DNA from: an uncultured Planctomycetota bacterium
GTDB lineage: Bacteria; Planctomycetota; Phycisphaerae; Tepidisphaerales; Tepidisphaeraceae
DNA: 64,000 nt
Direction of reading: 5' to 3'
Assembly: GCA_963841915.1 (NCBI GenBank)
Contig: CAWJEN010000006.1
Span: 1,536,001 to 1,600,000 of the forward strand
Below are positions 31,822 through 40,827 of the stretch, one piece after another (within the stretch, counting starts at the first letter, position 1; every line of letters begins with the position of its first letter). The position numbers and the translations under genes are program-made. The notes under the pieces are model-generated. The model worked only from the letters and a program-made list of their open reading frames with translations. It did not search any database and was not told the origin of the DNA.

Positions 31822-31905
31822 ATCGACCCGCCGCACCCCATGGCCGCCGTCCCGGCCTCGATTCGGCCGCCGCGGCGCAACAGATCGGCGGCCGTAAGGT
31901 CGCCC

Positions 31906-32766
31906 ATGGAGCAGTTCGAAGCCGACGGAATCGAGCAGGTCGACGGGCAAGGCGGACTGCCGATGATCCGCGTGCGGACGGCCGTGGCCGAGGCCGACAT
32001 CTATCTGCACGGGGCACACGTCACGCACTACAAGCCGGTCGGCGGGAGCGATGTGCTGTTTTTGAGCGAAAGGGCGGTTTTTGCCGACGGCGAAGCGATC
32101 CGCGGCGGCATTCCGGTTTGTTTTCCCTGGTTTGCCGACAACAAGCCGGCGGCCGACGCTCCCAAGCACGGCATCGCCAGGACGCGTCCGTGGCAGCTCG
32201 TCGAGGCACGTCGCGAGGGTGGCGACGCGGTCGTCGTGCTTCGGCTGAAGGACGATGCGACCAGTCGCCGATGGTGGCCGCACCGCTTCCGTTTCGACCT
32301 GACGGTGCGGGTTGGCGCGACACTTCGCCTGGAAGCGAAGGTGACGCACCTAGGCGACGACTCGTGCAGGTGTGAGTTGGCGTTGCACACGTACTTCAAG
32401 GTCACCGATGCAGAGAGCGTGAAGCTGAACGGCTTCGACGGCTGCAGCTACATCGACTCGATCGACGGCGGCCAAGTCAAAACGCAGCAGGGCGAACCGA
32501 CGATCGATGGTGAAGTCGATCGCATCTACCAGGCACACGTCGGCGAAGTGACGATCAACGACGGCCAGCGCACGCTCGTCGTCAGCAAGAGCGGCAGCAA
32601 CAGCACGGTGTTGTGGAACCCGCACGTCACCAAGGCGGCGTCGATGAGCGACTTCGGCGACGACGAGTGGCGTCACATGCTCTGCGTCGAAACCGCAGCC
32701 ATTGGTGACCACGCCATCCACCTCGCCGGCGGTGAGACGCACACGATGAGCTTGACGATCGGCTGA
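31906..32766 (+). CDS. D-hexose-6-phosphate mutarotase (YeaD / aldose 1-epimerase family)
   Basis: [47 protein letters not shown]. Confidence 0.9.
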   Translation: MEQFEADGIEQVDGQGGLPMIRVRTAVAEADIYLHGAHVTHYKPVGGSDVLFLSERAVFADGEAIRGGIPVCFPWFADNKPAADAPKHGIARTRPWQLVEARREGGDAVVVLRLKDDATSRRWWPHRFRFDLTVRVGATLRLEAKVTHLGDDSCRCELALHTYFKVTDAESVKLNGFDGCSYIDSIDGGQVKTQQGEPTIDGEVDRIYQAHVGEVTINDGQRTLVVSKSGSNSTVLWNPHVTKAASMSDFGDDEWRHMLCVETAAIGDHAIHLAGGETHTMSLTIG

Positions 32767-32773
32767 ACCCCGA

Positions 32774-32789
32774 TGTTCCACGTGGAACA
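32774..32789. other. parS centromere-like site
   Basis: TGTTCCACGTGGAACA, intergenic. Confidence 0.9.
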
Positions 32790-32830
32790 GCCGGTGGCAC
32801 AGGCCGACAGGGCTCGTAGAGTGCCCGCCT

Positions 32831-33730
32831 ATGAGCATCCTGGTCAACAGCGACACCAAAGTCATCTGCCAAGGCATCACCGGTTCGGCCGGGGCTTTTC
32901 ACACCAAAGGCTGCCTCGAGTACGGCACGAAGATGGTCGGCGGCGTCACGCCCGGTAAGGGCGGCACGAAGGACGACAACGGCTTGCCCATCTTCAACAC
33001 GGTGCAGGAAGCCGTCGACGCCACAGGGGCCGACGCCACGATGATCTTCGTGCCGCCACCGTTCGCAGCCGACGCGATCATGGAGGCGGCAGACGCGGGC
33101 GTGAAGCTTATCGTCGGCATCACCGAGGGCATACCGGTGCTCGACATGGTCAAGGCCAAGGAGTTCCTCAAGAGCACGCCCGGCGTGCACCTCATCGGCC
33201 CCAACTGCCCGGGTGTCATCACGCCGGGACAGTGCAAGATCGGCATCATGCCCGGCTACATCCACAAACCGGCAGGCGAGGCCGAGAGTGGTAAGAAGGT
33301 TGGCATCATCAGCCGGTCGGGCACGCTGACCTACGAAGCGGTCTGGCAGTGCGGCCAACGCGGCATCGGCCAGACCACCGCCGTCGGCATCGGTGGCGAC
33401 CCGGTGAAGGGACTCAACTACATCCAGCTGCTGCAGATGTTCCAGGACGACCCGGAGACGGACGGCGTCATCCTGATCGGTGAGATCGGCGGCACCGACG
33501 AAGAAAATGCCGCCGACTGGGCCAAGGAGCACATGTCCAAGCCGCTGGCTGCGTTCATCGCGGGTCGCACGGCCCCTCCCGGTAAGCGGATGGGCCACGC
33601 CGGCGCGATCATCTCCGGTGGCGAAGGCGACGCCGAGAGCAAGATCGCCGCCCTCAAGGCCGGCGGCTTCGAGGTCGCCATGTCGCCCGCCACGATGGGT
33701 GAGGCGATGGCGACTGCGCTCGGCTTGTAA
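32831..33730 (+). CDS. sucD: Succinyl-CoA ligase alpha subunit
   Basis: [42 protein letters not shown]. Confidence 0.96.
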   Translation: MSILVNSDTKVICQGITGSAGAFHTKGCLEYGTKMVGGVTPGKGGTKDDNGLPIFNTVQEAVDATGADATMIFVPPPFAADAIMEAADAGVKLIVGITEGIPVLDMVKAKEFLKSTPGVHLIGPNCPGVITPGQCKIGIMPGYIHKPAGEAESGKKVGIISRSGTLTYEAVWQCGQRGIGQTTAVGIGGDPVKGLNYIQLLQMFQDDPETDGVILIGEIGGTDEENAADWAKEHMSKPLAAFIAGRTAPPGKRMGHAGAIISGGEGDAESKIAALKAGGFEVAMSPATMGEAMATALGL

Positions 33731-33739
33731 TCGACGGTT

Positions 33740-33767
33740 GGTGCCACTGCAAAGGTGCAGTGCCACC
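33740..33767. repeat. Short GGTGCCAC-type hairpin
   Basis: ggtgccactgca-aagg-tgcagtgccacc. Confidence 0.55.
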
Positions 33768-33790
33768 GGCTTTGGGTGTACAATGTCTCC

Positions 33791-34450
33791 ATGCCGTTGC
33801 TGGACACGCCACCGCAGATGAAGACGCCGCGTCGGCCGTCGCTGCCCGACTACATCCCGTCGTTGCAGAACGGCGACCACCTGTCGCACGCCGAGTTCAT
33901 GCGTCGCTACGAAGCCATGCCCGGCGTGACGGCCGAACTGATTAACGGAACCGTCTACATGGCCAGCCCCGTCCGACTCACCCAACACGGCAAGCCGCAC
34001 GCTCACCTCGTCGGCTGGCTCGTCGCCTACTGCAGCCGACATCTCGACGTCGAGATCGGCGACAACGTGACCGTCGTTCTCGGTCAGGACACCGACCCGC
34101 AACCCGACGCTTGCCTCCTGCTCCCCGAGTCCCGCGGCGGGCGGGCCAAGCTCGTCGACGGCTACGTCCACGGCCCGCCGGAGCTGATCGTCGAAGTCGC
34201 CGCCAGCACCGCAAGTCTCGACGCCAACGCCAAGGCCGAGGCCTACCACGCCGCCGGCGTCCGCGAGTACCTGCTCTGGCGGACGGAAGAAGAACGCATC
34301 GACTGGTACGAACACACGGGCGACCGCTACCTCGCCATGACCCCCAATGCCGACGGCCTTGTCGAAAGCAACCTCTTCCCCGGCCTGATCCTCGACCCCG
34401 CCGCCCTGCTCCGCGGGGATCTGGCGACAGTGCTTGCGCAACATTCCTGA
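33791..34450 (+). CDS. Uma2 family (PD-(D/E)XK) endonuclease
   Basis: L.NGD.L...EF..RYE, AELING.VYM..P, PQPDA, PELIVEVA.S, K...Y...GVREY. Confidence 0.9.
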   Translation: MPLLDTPPQMKTPRRPSLPDYIPSLQNGDHLSHAEFMRRYEAMPGVTAELINGTVYMASPVRLTQHGKPHAHLVGWLVAYCSRHLDVEIGDNVTVVLGQDTDPQPDACLLLPESRGGRAKLVDGYVHGPPELIVEVAASTASLDANAKAEAYHAAGVREYLLWRTEEERIDWYEHTGDRYLAMTPNADGLVESNLFPGLILDPAALLRGDLATVLAQHS

Positions 34451-34453
34451 CTA

Positions 34454-35698
34454 TTAAACGTTACCTTGGGGCGCGATCGCCTGTTCTTTGCCCGACGTTT
34501 CAGCATCGGCGTGGTCTGAAAAGTGCTTCGCCAAGGCTGCGGTAATCTTCTGTGACTGGGCCTCAAAGCCGTCAAGGTGCTTGCGAATCGCCGCCATGGC
34601 CCCTTCAGCGTCGGTAGGTAAACCCTGGTCCAATGGTACCAGCCGCTTCGTCATTAAACGGGTCCACTTTCCCGTCACGTTGGATCCTCCGAGCTTAAGG
34701 CCGAGGTCGTTATCAGGATGTGTCAGGGCTTTGATCAATGTGTTCCGTGCTTCCTGATCGTCCGTTGGTCCCACTTGGACATAGAACCGTAGATGGTTCT
34801 TCCCTGCATCGAAGTAGACACGCAGCCACCCGGTCGGCTTGAACTGGGCGATGGACCCGATGGGCGGTAGCAGATCAGCCCAAGCCGCAGGCTGACAGTC
34901 CACACGCCTGCCGGTCACGTTTAACACGAGCCAACTGCCGCGCGACTCAAGCTCGCCGCGGATGTCTGAGAGCAGTCCGCGACCCTGCTCCTTGATGCGA
35001 GCGAAGATGAGGTCGAGCGCCTGCCGGTGGTTCGCGTACAGGCGGTCGCAGAGCGCGTCTAGATCGGGATCGGGCATGTAGCGGGTGGCGACAAGACGAA
35101 GGTAGTGGCGGACGAAGGCGGCGACGTCGGCGTTCATCGACGTGGCGTTGATTTCCGTCGCCCGTGAGAGGATGCGGTAAAGGTCGCTGTAGCCGTAGGC
35201 AACCCACTCGTCATCGCTCGGAACGTCACCGTCAGGGGTGAGGAAGACGAAGAGCGGCTTCAGACCCGGAAACTCCGTCAGCACCGTCTGCCGGTAGCGG
35301 GCGAGTTGATTCGAGTGTTCCCCCGAGAAGACCTTGTTCTCGACCGCGATCACGAAGTGGGGTGGATGACGATGCACGAGCAGCAGGTCGATGTTTCGCC
35401 ACTCTCGTCGCACCTCGACATCCCCGAGCGGCTCACCGTCGACCTCTGCCGGGCTCAGTGGTCGCGTCGTCGGATCGACCCGCCGCAGTACGTCCATCAG
35501 CACCGGCCGAAGGAAGGCGGCACCCAGTCCGTGAGTCTCGGATGGGTTGAGGAGCCAGGCGAGGAAGTTGCTGTGCCGGATCTCAGCCGTCGCGACGCCA
35601 AGGGCATCAAAGACATTGAACCTCCCGACCCGCGCCTCGAGCACGCCGAGGTCGTCGTTGTCGCAGACGAAGCGGTCCAGCGCCTCAAGATCAGTCAT
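34454..35698 (-). CDS. PD-(D/E)XK nuclease family protein (PDDEXK_4-like)
   Basis: FNVFDALG...EIRHSNFLAWLL.P...HG, REW..IDLL, IAVENK, QL.RY, FLTPDG. Confidence 0.85.
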   Translation of the reverse strand: MTDLEALDRFVCDNDDLGVLEARVGRFNVFDALGVATAEIRHSNFLAWLLNPSETHGLGAAFLRPVLMDVLRRVDPTTRPLSPAEVDGEPLGDVEVRREWRNIDLLLVHRHPPHFVIAVENKVFSGEHSNQLARYRQTVLTEFPGLKPLFVFLTPDGDVPSDDEWVAYGYSDLYRILSRATEINATSMNADVAAFVRHYLRLVATRYMPDPDLDALCDRLYANHRQALDLIFARIKEQGRGLLSDIRGELESRGSWLVLNVTGRRVDCQPAAWADLLPPIGSIAQFKPTGWLRVYFDAGKNHLRFYVQVGPTDDQEARNTLIKALTHPDNDLGLKLGGSNVTGKWTRLMTKRLVPLDQGLPTDAEGAMAAIRKHLDGFEAQSQKITAALAKHFSDHADAETSGKEQAIAPQGNV

Positions 35699-35717
35699 CG
35701 ACTGTAAAGATAGTCAC

Positions 35718-35810
35718 GTAGGGTGGGCCCCGGCCCACCTCTGGAAGACCGGAAAAAGACGCGAGTCGGAAGAAGACGCCGACCGGATGGTGGGTCGGGG
35801 CCCACCCTAC
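35718..35810. repeat. GTAG-type REP doublet (REPIN-like)
   Basis: gtagggtgggccccggcccacc (35718-35739) and inverted ggtgggtcggggcccaccctac (35789-35810). Confidence 0.75.
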
Positions 35811-35855
35811 GCGTCTCACGCCCGGTGCCACGACACAGCGTGTAGTAGGGTTGCC

Positions 35856-35975
35856 TGGTGCCACGGCTTGAGCCGCCGTCTGCGGCGGGCAAGCCGTGTC
35901 GGTGACGTCGTGCGCCGCAACACGGTTCCGGACACGGGTTGCCCGCATCGGAATGCGGCTCAAACCGTGGCACCA
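35856..35975. repeat. REP/MITE-like element (copy B of 25502-25607)
   Basis: tggtgccacggcttgagcc...ttgcccgcatcggaatgcggctcaaaccgtggcacca. Confidence 0.8.
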
Positions 35976-35993
35976 AGCTGCATTCTCTTCTTG

Positions 35994-36140
35994 TTCCCGC
36001 GCAAGTCTGGTTCGTGGTCGAACAAGGTTGGCTCCTGATCGCGCAGAATGAGATGTGGGTCGCGCAAGTCGGGATGTTGATCGCGCCCGAAGGAGTCTTG
36101 ATCGCGCAAGATTGAATCTTGATCGCGCAAGATTCGATTT
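35994..36140. repeat. 21-bp-period degenerate array, 7 units, core TGATCGCGCAAG
   Basis: Units start at 35994, 36015, 36036, 36057, 36078, 36099, 36120. Confidence 0.8.
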
Positions 36141-36383
36141 TGCGCTACCGCGTGGGGAGGTTGTCGGACGTGATACCGCGTTTGCCGTGCGTCAGGGGCG
36201 TTCGGGGCCGTCGGCGGTGGAGGGAGGTCCGGGAAATGCGGGTGTCGGGGGTGTTGGGGGTGTGTGGGTTTGGGACGGGGTGTGAGGGGGGGAAAGCGGG
36301 TGGTGAGCGAAAAACTTCAGCTCGTCTTCAGCGGTGTCGGGGCGGGGTCGATGAGGCGGGTGAGCTTGGCCGGGGACGTTTGC

Positions 36384-36443
36384 GTCCCCCGTCCCCCGTC
36401 CCCCGTCCCCCGTCCCCCGTCCCCCGTCCCCCGTCCCCCGTCC
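36384..36443. repeat. Heptamer tandem repeat (GTCCCCC)x8 plus a partial copy
   Basis: Direct count; (GGGGGAC)8 on the minus strand. Confidence 0.95.
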
Positions 36444-36568
36444 GCTCGACGGCCGTCGGCCCGTGGGCGACGTTCGAGGTTTGCTTCGGCGTGGCGACAC
36501 AAGCCCCCGCCCAGGCCACGACCGCGACGGTGACCGAAGAGAACGAGGGCCTGCGGATCGCCGCATAA
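36440..36568 (+). pseudogene. C-terminal gene remnant ending EENEGLRIAA
   Basis: VRSTAVGPWATFEVCFG...LRIAA* has protein-like composition, is followed by a terminator-like hairpin and has no plausible N-terminus. Confidence 0.55.
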
Positions 36569-36606
36569 GGCGTCCCCCCCCCCCCCACCCACCTTCACCC
36601 CCCTGA

Positions 36607-36642
36607 TCCCTGCGCCCCTGCGTCCGCTGTGCGGGCGCAGGG
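36607..36642. terminator. GC-rich hairpin between convergent genes
   Basis: ccctgcgccc...gggcgcaggg. Confidence 0.55.
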
Positions 36643-36644
36643 GT

Positions 36645-38498
36645 TCAAACGTCTTGCACCCGACGGCGGAGCAGGAGCAGGCCGCCCATGGCGACAACGC
36701 CGGCCGTCGCGGGTTCGGGGACGACGCTGGCGGCCCAGGCGTCGGCCATGGCGAGGTCGGAGGCGCTGACGCTGTTGCCGAAGTTGCCGCGGAGGATGGC
36801 GAAGTCGAGGATGGAGACGACGCCGTCGAAGTTGAAGTCACCGATGGACGCGCCACTCAGGCCGATTTGGCCGAAGTTGCTGCGAAGCACCGCAAAGTCG
36901 AGGATGCTGACGGTGCCGTCGTCGTTTGCGTCGCCGGGGTTGGAGAGGTCGGGGTCGAGCGTCAGGATCGACAGCGAGTAGCCGGGCAGGAGACTGGAGA
37001 GCTGGCCGCTTGTGATGCTGCCTGCTGCGTTGCCGAGGAGGAGCGTCGGATCGAACGGGGCGTCGTCTTGCGCCCAGATCGGCAGGGTCAGGTTGACGGC
37101 AGTGAGGCCGTTCGCGTCGGCGTCTTCGGCGAGGTAGGTCGTCCTGTCCCGCACGTCGTAGCTGGAAAGGCCGTCGAGGTTGAAGGCTTGTTCGCCGTCG
37201 TCACGGTTCATGATGAGGAAGACGAGCGAGCCATCATCGTTGCGCAGGGCAGCGGTTTGGAAGACGCCGGGGTCGACAAGGCCTTCGATGTCGAAGCCGA
37301 GCGACGGGTTGCTGTCGGGCTCGACTTCCACGACTTGCTTGGCTTCTCCGGTGAGGTGGCTCAGGTGGGAGAAGATGACACCCGCCGGGCTGACGAGGCC
37401 GCTCGTGGTGCCGACGGAGTCGCCCAACGCCCAGCCGTTGCCGCCTTCGACGGCGTGGAAGTTCATCACTTCGATGTCATCGGGCCGTTGCAGCGCGGTG
37501 AGCAGGAAGCCGGCGGTGTAGAGGGCGTTCCAACCGGTTTCTTCCGTCGAGCGGATGAAGGCCTCGTTGGGGCGGTTCACCGGTGAGTTGTCGCTGTAGG
37601 CGATGACGTTGTATTCGGTGATCCAGATCGGCAGATCGTCGTAAAGCTGCTCGATGATGTTGGCAGCGCGGCCGATCGTGACCTGCGGGAAGGCGAGGAA
37701 AGCACCGCGGGCGTCGGCTGCCGCGTAGTTCTCGAGGGCGTCGCCGTTCATCTCGTAGTGGTGGAGAATCAGGGCGTCGAACGCCGGCCGGCCGGGTGTG
37801 TTGCGGGTGGCCCAGACCTCGTCGTTCCAGTTGTCGGTGCGACTGTTGCCGGTGATCTCGCCACCAAAGAGGAACTCGGTGCGGAAGTTCGCCCCGATTT
37901 TGGCATTGGGGGCGGTTGTGCGGATCGATTGGGCGAAGTCGCCGATGCGGTTGCCGTAGCGACCACCTCTGCCGCCGAGCCACTCTGCGGTCCAGAAGTA
38001 GGCTTCGTTGTCGGCCTCGATGTAGGTGACGTCGCCGCCATCAAGGTTGTCGACGAAACTGATCATGTCGTCGGCATCGTTCTCGCGGGTCGTCAGGTTG
38101 ACGACCCACTGCTGTTGCACGCCCGCACGGGCGGCGAAGTCGACGAAGCGGTCTGTCGTGAACGTGCCGGCAGGTCTTGCGTTAACCCAGTCGTTGGCCC
38201 CGTTGTTGACGAACCACGGCTGCGACCAGATGTTGGTGATCTCGTTCTCAGGAATGAAGCCACCGGCCTGCCAATCCCAGAAGCTGCTCGGGCTGCCGCC
38301 GATGTAGCGGAGGTTCTTGACGCCCAGAGCACCGACAAGGGCCTCGTGCGCCGGGCTGTTCATGAGGTTGTCGTAGTTGGCGTAGTTCTGATTACCGCCG
38401 AACCACATGTCGTTGATGGCAGCCGTCTGGCCGTTGTCAGCGACGGCCAAAGTAGAACAAGTCGCCGACACGGCAACCGCGAGGAGAGGGTAGCGCAT
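36645..38498 (-). CDS. Secreted clan GH-A-like glycoside hydrolase with dockerin-like repeats and PEP-CTERM
   Basis: Signal peptide; LRY.GG, IEADNE (acid/base), WITEYN (nucleophile); GDANDDGTVSILDF / GDFNFDGVVSILDF; VPEP-TM-RRR. Confidence 0.8.
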   Translation of the reverse strand: MRYPLLAVAVSATCSTLAVADNGQTAAINDMWFGGNQNYANYDNLMNSPAHEALVGALGVKNLRYIGGSPSSFWDWQAGGFIPENEITNIWSQPWFVNNGANDWVNARPAGTFTTDRFVDFAARAGVQQQWVVNLTTRENDADDMISFVDNLDGGDVTYIEADNEAYFWTAEWLGGRGGRYGNRIGDFAQSIRTTAPNAKIGANFRTEFLFGGEITGNSRTDNWNDEVWATRNTPGRPAFDALILHHYEMNGDALENYAAADARGAFLAFPQVTIGRAANIIEQLYDDLPIWITEYNVIAYSDNSPVNRPNEAFIRSTEETGWNALYTAGFLLTALQRPDDIEVMNFHAVEGGNGWALGDSVGTTSGLVSPAGVIFSHLSHLTGEAKQVVEVEPDSNPSLGFDIEGLVDPGVFQTAALRNDDGSLVFLIMNRDDGEQAFNLDGLSSYDVRDRTTYLAEDADANGLTAVNLTLPIWAQDDAPFDPTLLLGNAAGSITSGQLSSLLPGYSLSILTLDPDLSNPGDANDDGTVSILDFAVLRSNFGQIGLSGASIGDFNFDGVVSILDFAILRGNFGNSVSASDLAMADAWAASVVPEPATAGVVAMGGLLLLRRRVQDV

Positions 38499-38642
38499 CC
38501 TGTAATGTTACAGCATTCGCGTCGCTGATGAAGGTGGATTGCGCAAAAACCGGCGGGTGAAGCACTCGTGGCAAATATGCGGTGGTAACGCCTCTCGCCT
38601 CGACGCCACGAGCGGCACCACTTGCAACGGCGTCGTCAACGT

Positions 38643-40778
38643 CTACGCCGCAACGTTCTCGGCCAGCTGATCGGCTGACCGTTCGGTTTGCAGCTCGACC
38701 ATGCGTGCGTAGCGGCCCGACGTGGCGAGTAGCTCCTCGTGCGTGCCAACCTCTGCCAGACGACCGTCGACCAGGACCGCGATGACGTCGGCATTGCGAA
38801 TCGTGCTGAGGCGGTGGGCGATGACAAAGCTCGTCCGGTCCTTCATCAGGCCGCTCAGGCTCGCCTGGATCAGTCGCTCGCTTTCGGCGTCAAGGTTGCT
38901 CGTCGCCTCATCGAGGATGAGAATCTTGGGGTCGGCCAGGATCGCACGGGCGATCGTGATGCGTTGACGCTGACCGCCTGAAAGCTTGACGCCGCGCTCG
39001 CCGATGAGCGCGTCGTAGCCGCCTTCGAGCTTGGCGATGAAGCCGTCAGCATTGGCGAGTTTGGCCGCCCGCTCGACGTCTGCCTGCGTTGCCGTCCGGT
39101 TGCCGTAGGCGATGTTCTGCGACAGCGTGCCGTCGAAGAGGAACGTGTCCTGCTCGACGATGGCCAGCAGGCCACGGTAGTCGTCGACGTCGTAATCCCG
39201 CACGTCGCGACCGTCGAGCAGAATGCGTCCGCTCGTCGGGTCGAAGAAGCGGGCAATGAGGTTGCACAGCGTCGTCTTGCCCGCACCACTCGGGCCGACG
39301 AGCGCGACCGTGGTGCCGGGTGGCACGTCGAGGGTCACGCCCTCCAGAACAGGGTCGCCCAAGCCGGGTGCCTCGTCGCCCAGATCACCCGACTGCAGCG
39401 GGTAGGCGTAGCCGATGTTATCGAGCTTGATGTTGCCGACGACGGTCTCGCGGGCGATTGGCACGCCCGGGTTGTCGCTGTTTCGCCCGAATTCGGGCGT
39501 TTCGTTCATAAGGTCGAGTGTGCGGTCGAGGCCGGCAAGCTGGTTCTGCAGGGCGGTCGCACTAGTCGCCAGCATCGCGATCGGCTGAAGCAGGCCGAGC
39601 AGGAAGGCGATGAAGGTCGTGAGGTCACCGGCGGTCATCCCGGGGTTGCCGGCCTCGTCCAGTTGCGTACCGAGGATGCCGCCGTACAGCAGCAGGCCGG
39701 CAAGGGCGACGGGGATGATGATTTGCCACGCGCTGTCGATGCCACGCATCCACCACCAGGTGTACATCTCCTGGCGGGCCATGAGGTGGTTGTTGGCGGC
39801 GAAGCTGACGGCCTCACCGCGCTGACGATTGAACGTGCGGACCACCCGCATGCCGCCGAACGACTCGGTGGCGTGTGAGTCCGTAATCTGCCGTGTCGAG
39901 CGGATGTCGCGGAACAGCGGGCGGATGCGGTTGATCCATGTGCGGTGCGTCACCCAGACAACCGGAATCACGACAAGAACACTGAGTAGCAGCTCCCATT
40001 GGATCCAAACGAGCGCTGCCAGCGACAGAACGAGCTGCACGATCGCTTTGACCGGGTTGTAGAGAATCGAGAAGACGAGCTCGCCGACATTGCCGGCGTC
40101 GTCGCGAAGGATGCTCGCTACACCGCCGGACTTGATGTCCTGGACACGGTGCAGCGGCAGGCGGACGGCGTGGTCGAAGGCGATCCGACGGGCGTGCACG
40201 CTCGTGCGCTTGCTCGCAAGCGTCGCCTGCCAGCGACTCCAAAGCGTCAGAGGAAGCGTGACAAGAGCGATGAGGACGCTCAGGCCGACAACCCAGTAGA
40301 GCAGGCCCAGACGGCTGTCGGCTGAGAGGCCGACACTGGTGAGGAAGGTCCGAAGAATGGCGGGCCGCGCCTCGCCGGCGTCGGTGCCGCCGAGGATGAC
40401 GTAGTCGATGACAACCTTCGGGGCGAAGTTCGGCGCGAGCGCCATCGCGGTGCCGATGGACGTGATGATCAACGCGGAGATGACGCGTCGCTTCTGGTCG
40501 TTGAGGATGCTCCAGAACTGCTTAAGCAGCTCCCCGACGCCGCGGTTGCGTTTGCCGCTGCGTCGGCGGCTGACGATGACGCCTTCGCGTGTCGATTCTT
40601 TCCGCTTCTCGTCAAGCTTTTCCTTGAGCTGATCGTCGGAGAGGTCCTTTTGCCGACTGGCCTCGTCGAGCTCGCGAGCGGTCTGCCGGTACTTGCGGTA
40701 GCGGCGTCCTGAGGAACGGCGGAAACGGATCGAACGCTCATCCGGCAGCACGTCGGCCGGGTTGTCAACAACTGTCAC
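38643..40778 (-). CDS. ABC exporter, fused permease/ATPase (MsbA-like)
   Basis: TMD followed by GPSGAGKTT, LSGGQRQR, ILDEATSNLD, IAHRLST. Confidence 0.93.
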   Translation of the reverse strand: MTVVDNPADVLPDERSIRFRRSSGRRYRKYRQTARELDEASRQKDLSDDQLKEKLDEKRKESTREGVIVSRRRSGKRNRGVGELLKQFWSILNDQKRRVISALIITSIGTAMALAPNFAPKVVIDYVILGGTDAGEARPAILRTFLTSVGLSADSRLGLLYWVVGLSVLIALVTLPLTLWSRWQATLASKRTSVHARRIAFDHAVRLPLHRVQDIKSGGVASILRDDAGNVGELVFSILYNPVKAIVQLVLSLAALVWIQWELLLSVLVVIPVVWVTHRTWINRIRPLFRDIRSTRQITDSHATESFGGMRVVRTFNRQRGEAVSFAANNHLMARQEMYTWWWMRGIDSAWQIIIPVALAGLLLYGGILGTQLDEAGNPGMTAGDLTTFIAFLLGLLQPIAMLATSATALQNQLAGLDRTLDLMNETPEFGRNSDNPGVPIARETVVGNIKLDNIGYAYPLQSGDLGDEAPGLGDPVLEGVTLDVPPGTTVALVGPSGAGKTTLCNLIARFFDPTSGRILLDGRDVRDYDVDDYRGLLAIVEQDTFLFDGTLSQNIAYGNRTATQADVERAAKLANADGFIAKLEGGYDALIGERGVKLSGGQRQRITIARAILADPKILILDEATSNLDAESERLIQASLSGLMKDRTSFVIAHRLSTIRNADVIAVLVDGRLAEVGTHEELLATSGRYARMVELQTERSADQLAENVAA

Positions 40779-40827
40779 GTCCGATCATAGCAGCGGCAAC
40801 CGGGGTGCTTTCGGAAGCTGCTGCGGC

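Noticed and set aside
31359..32958. ORFs containing FHVE/VPRGT repeats
   Set aside because: These peptides are translations of the parS palindromes
36440..36568. tmRNA tag reading frame (EENEGLRIAA)
   Set aside because: No tRNA-like 5'/3' ends or T-arm/CCA found around it
35700..36645. oriC
   Set aside because: No TTATCCACA-type DnaA boxes or AT-rich unwinding element seen
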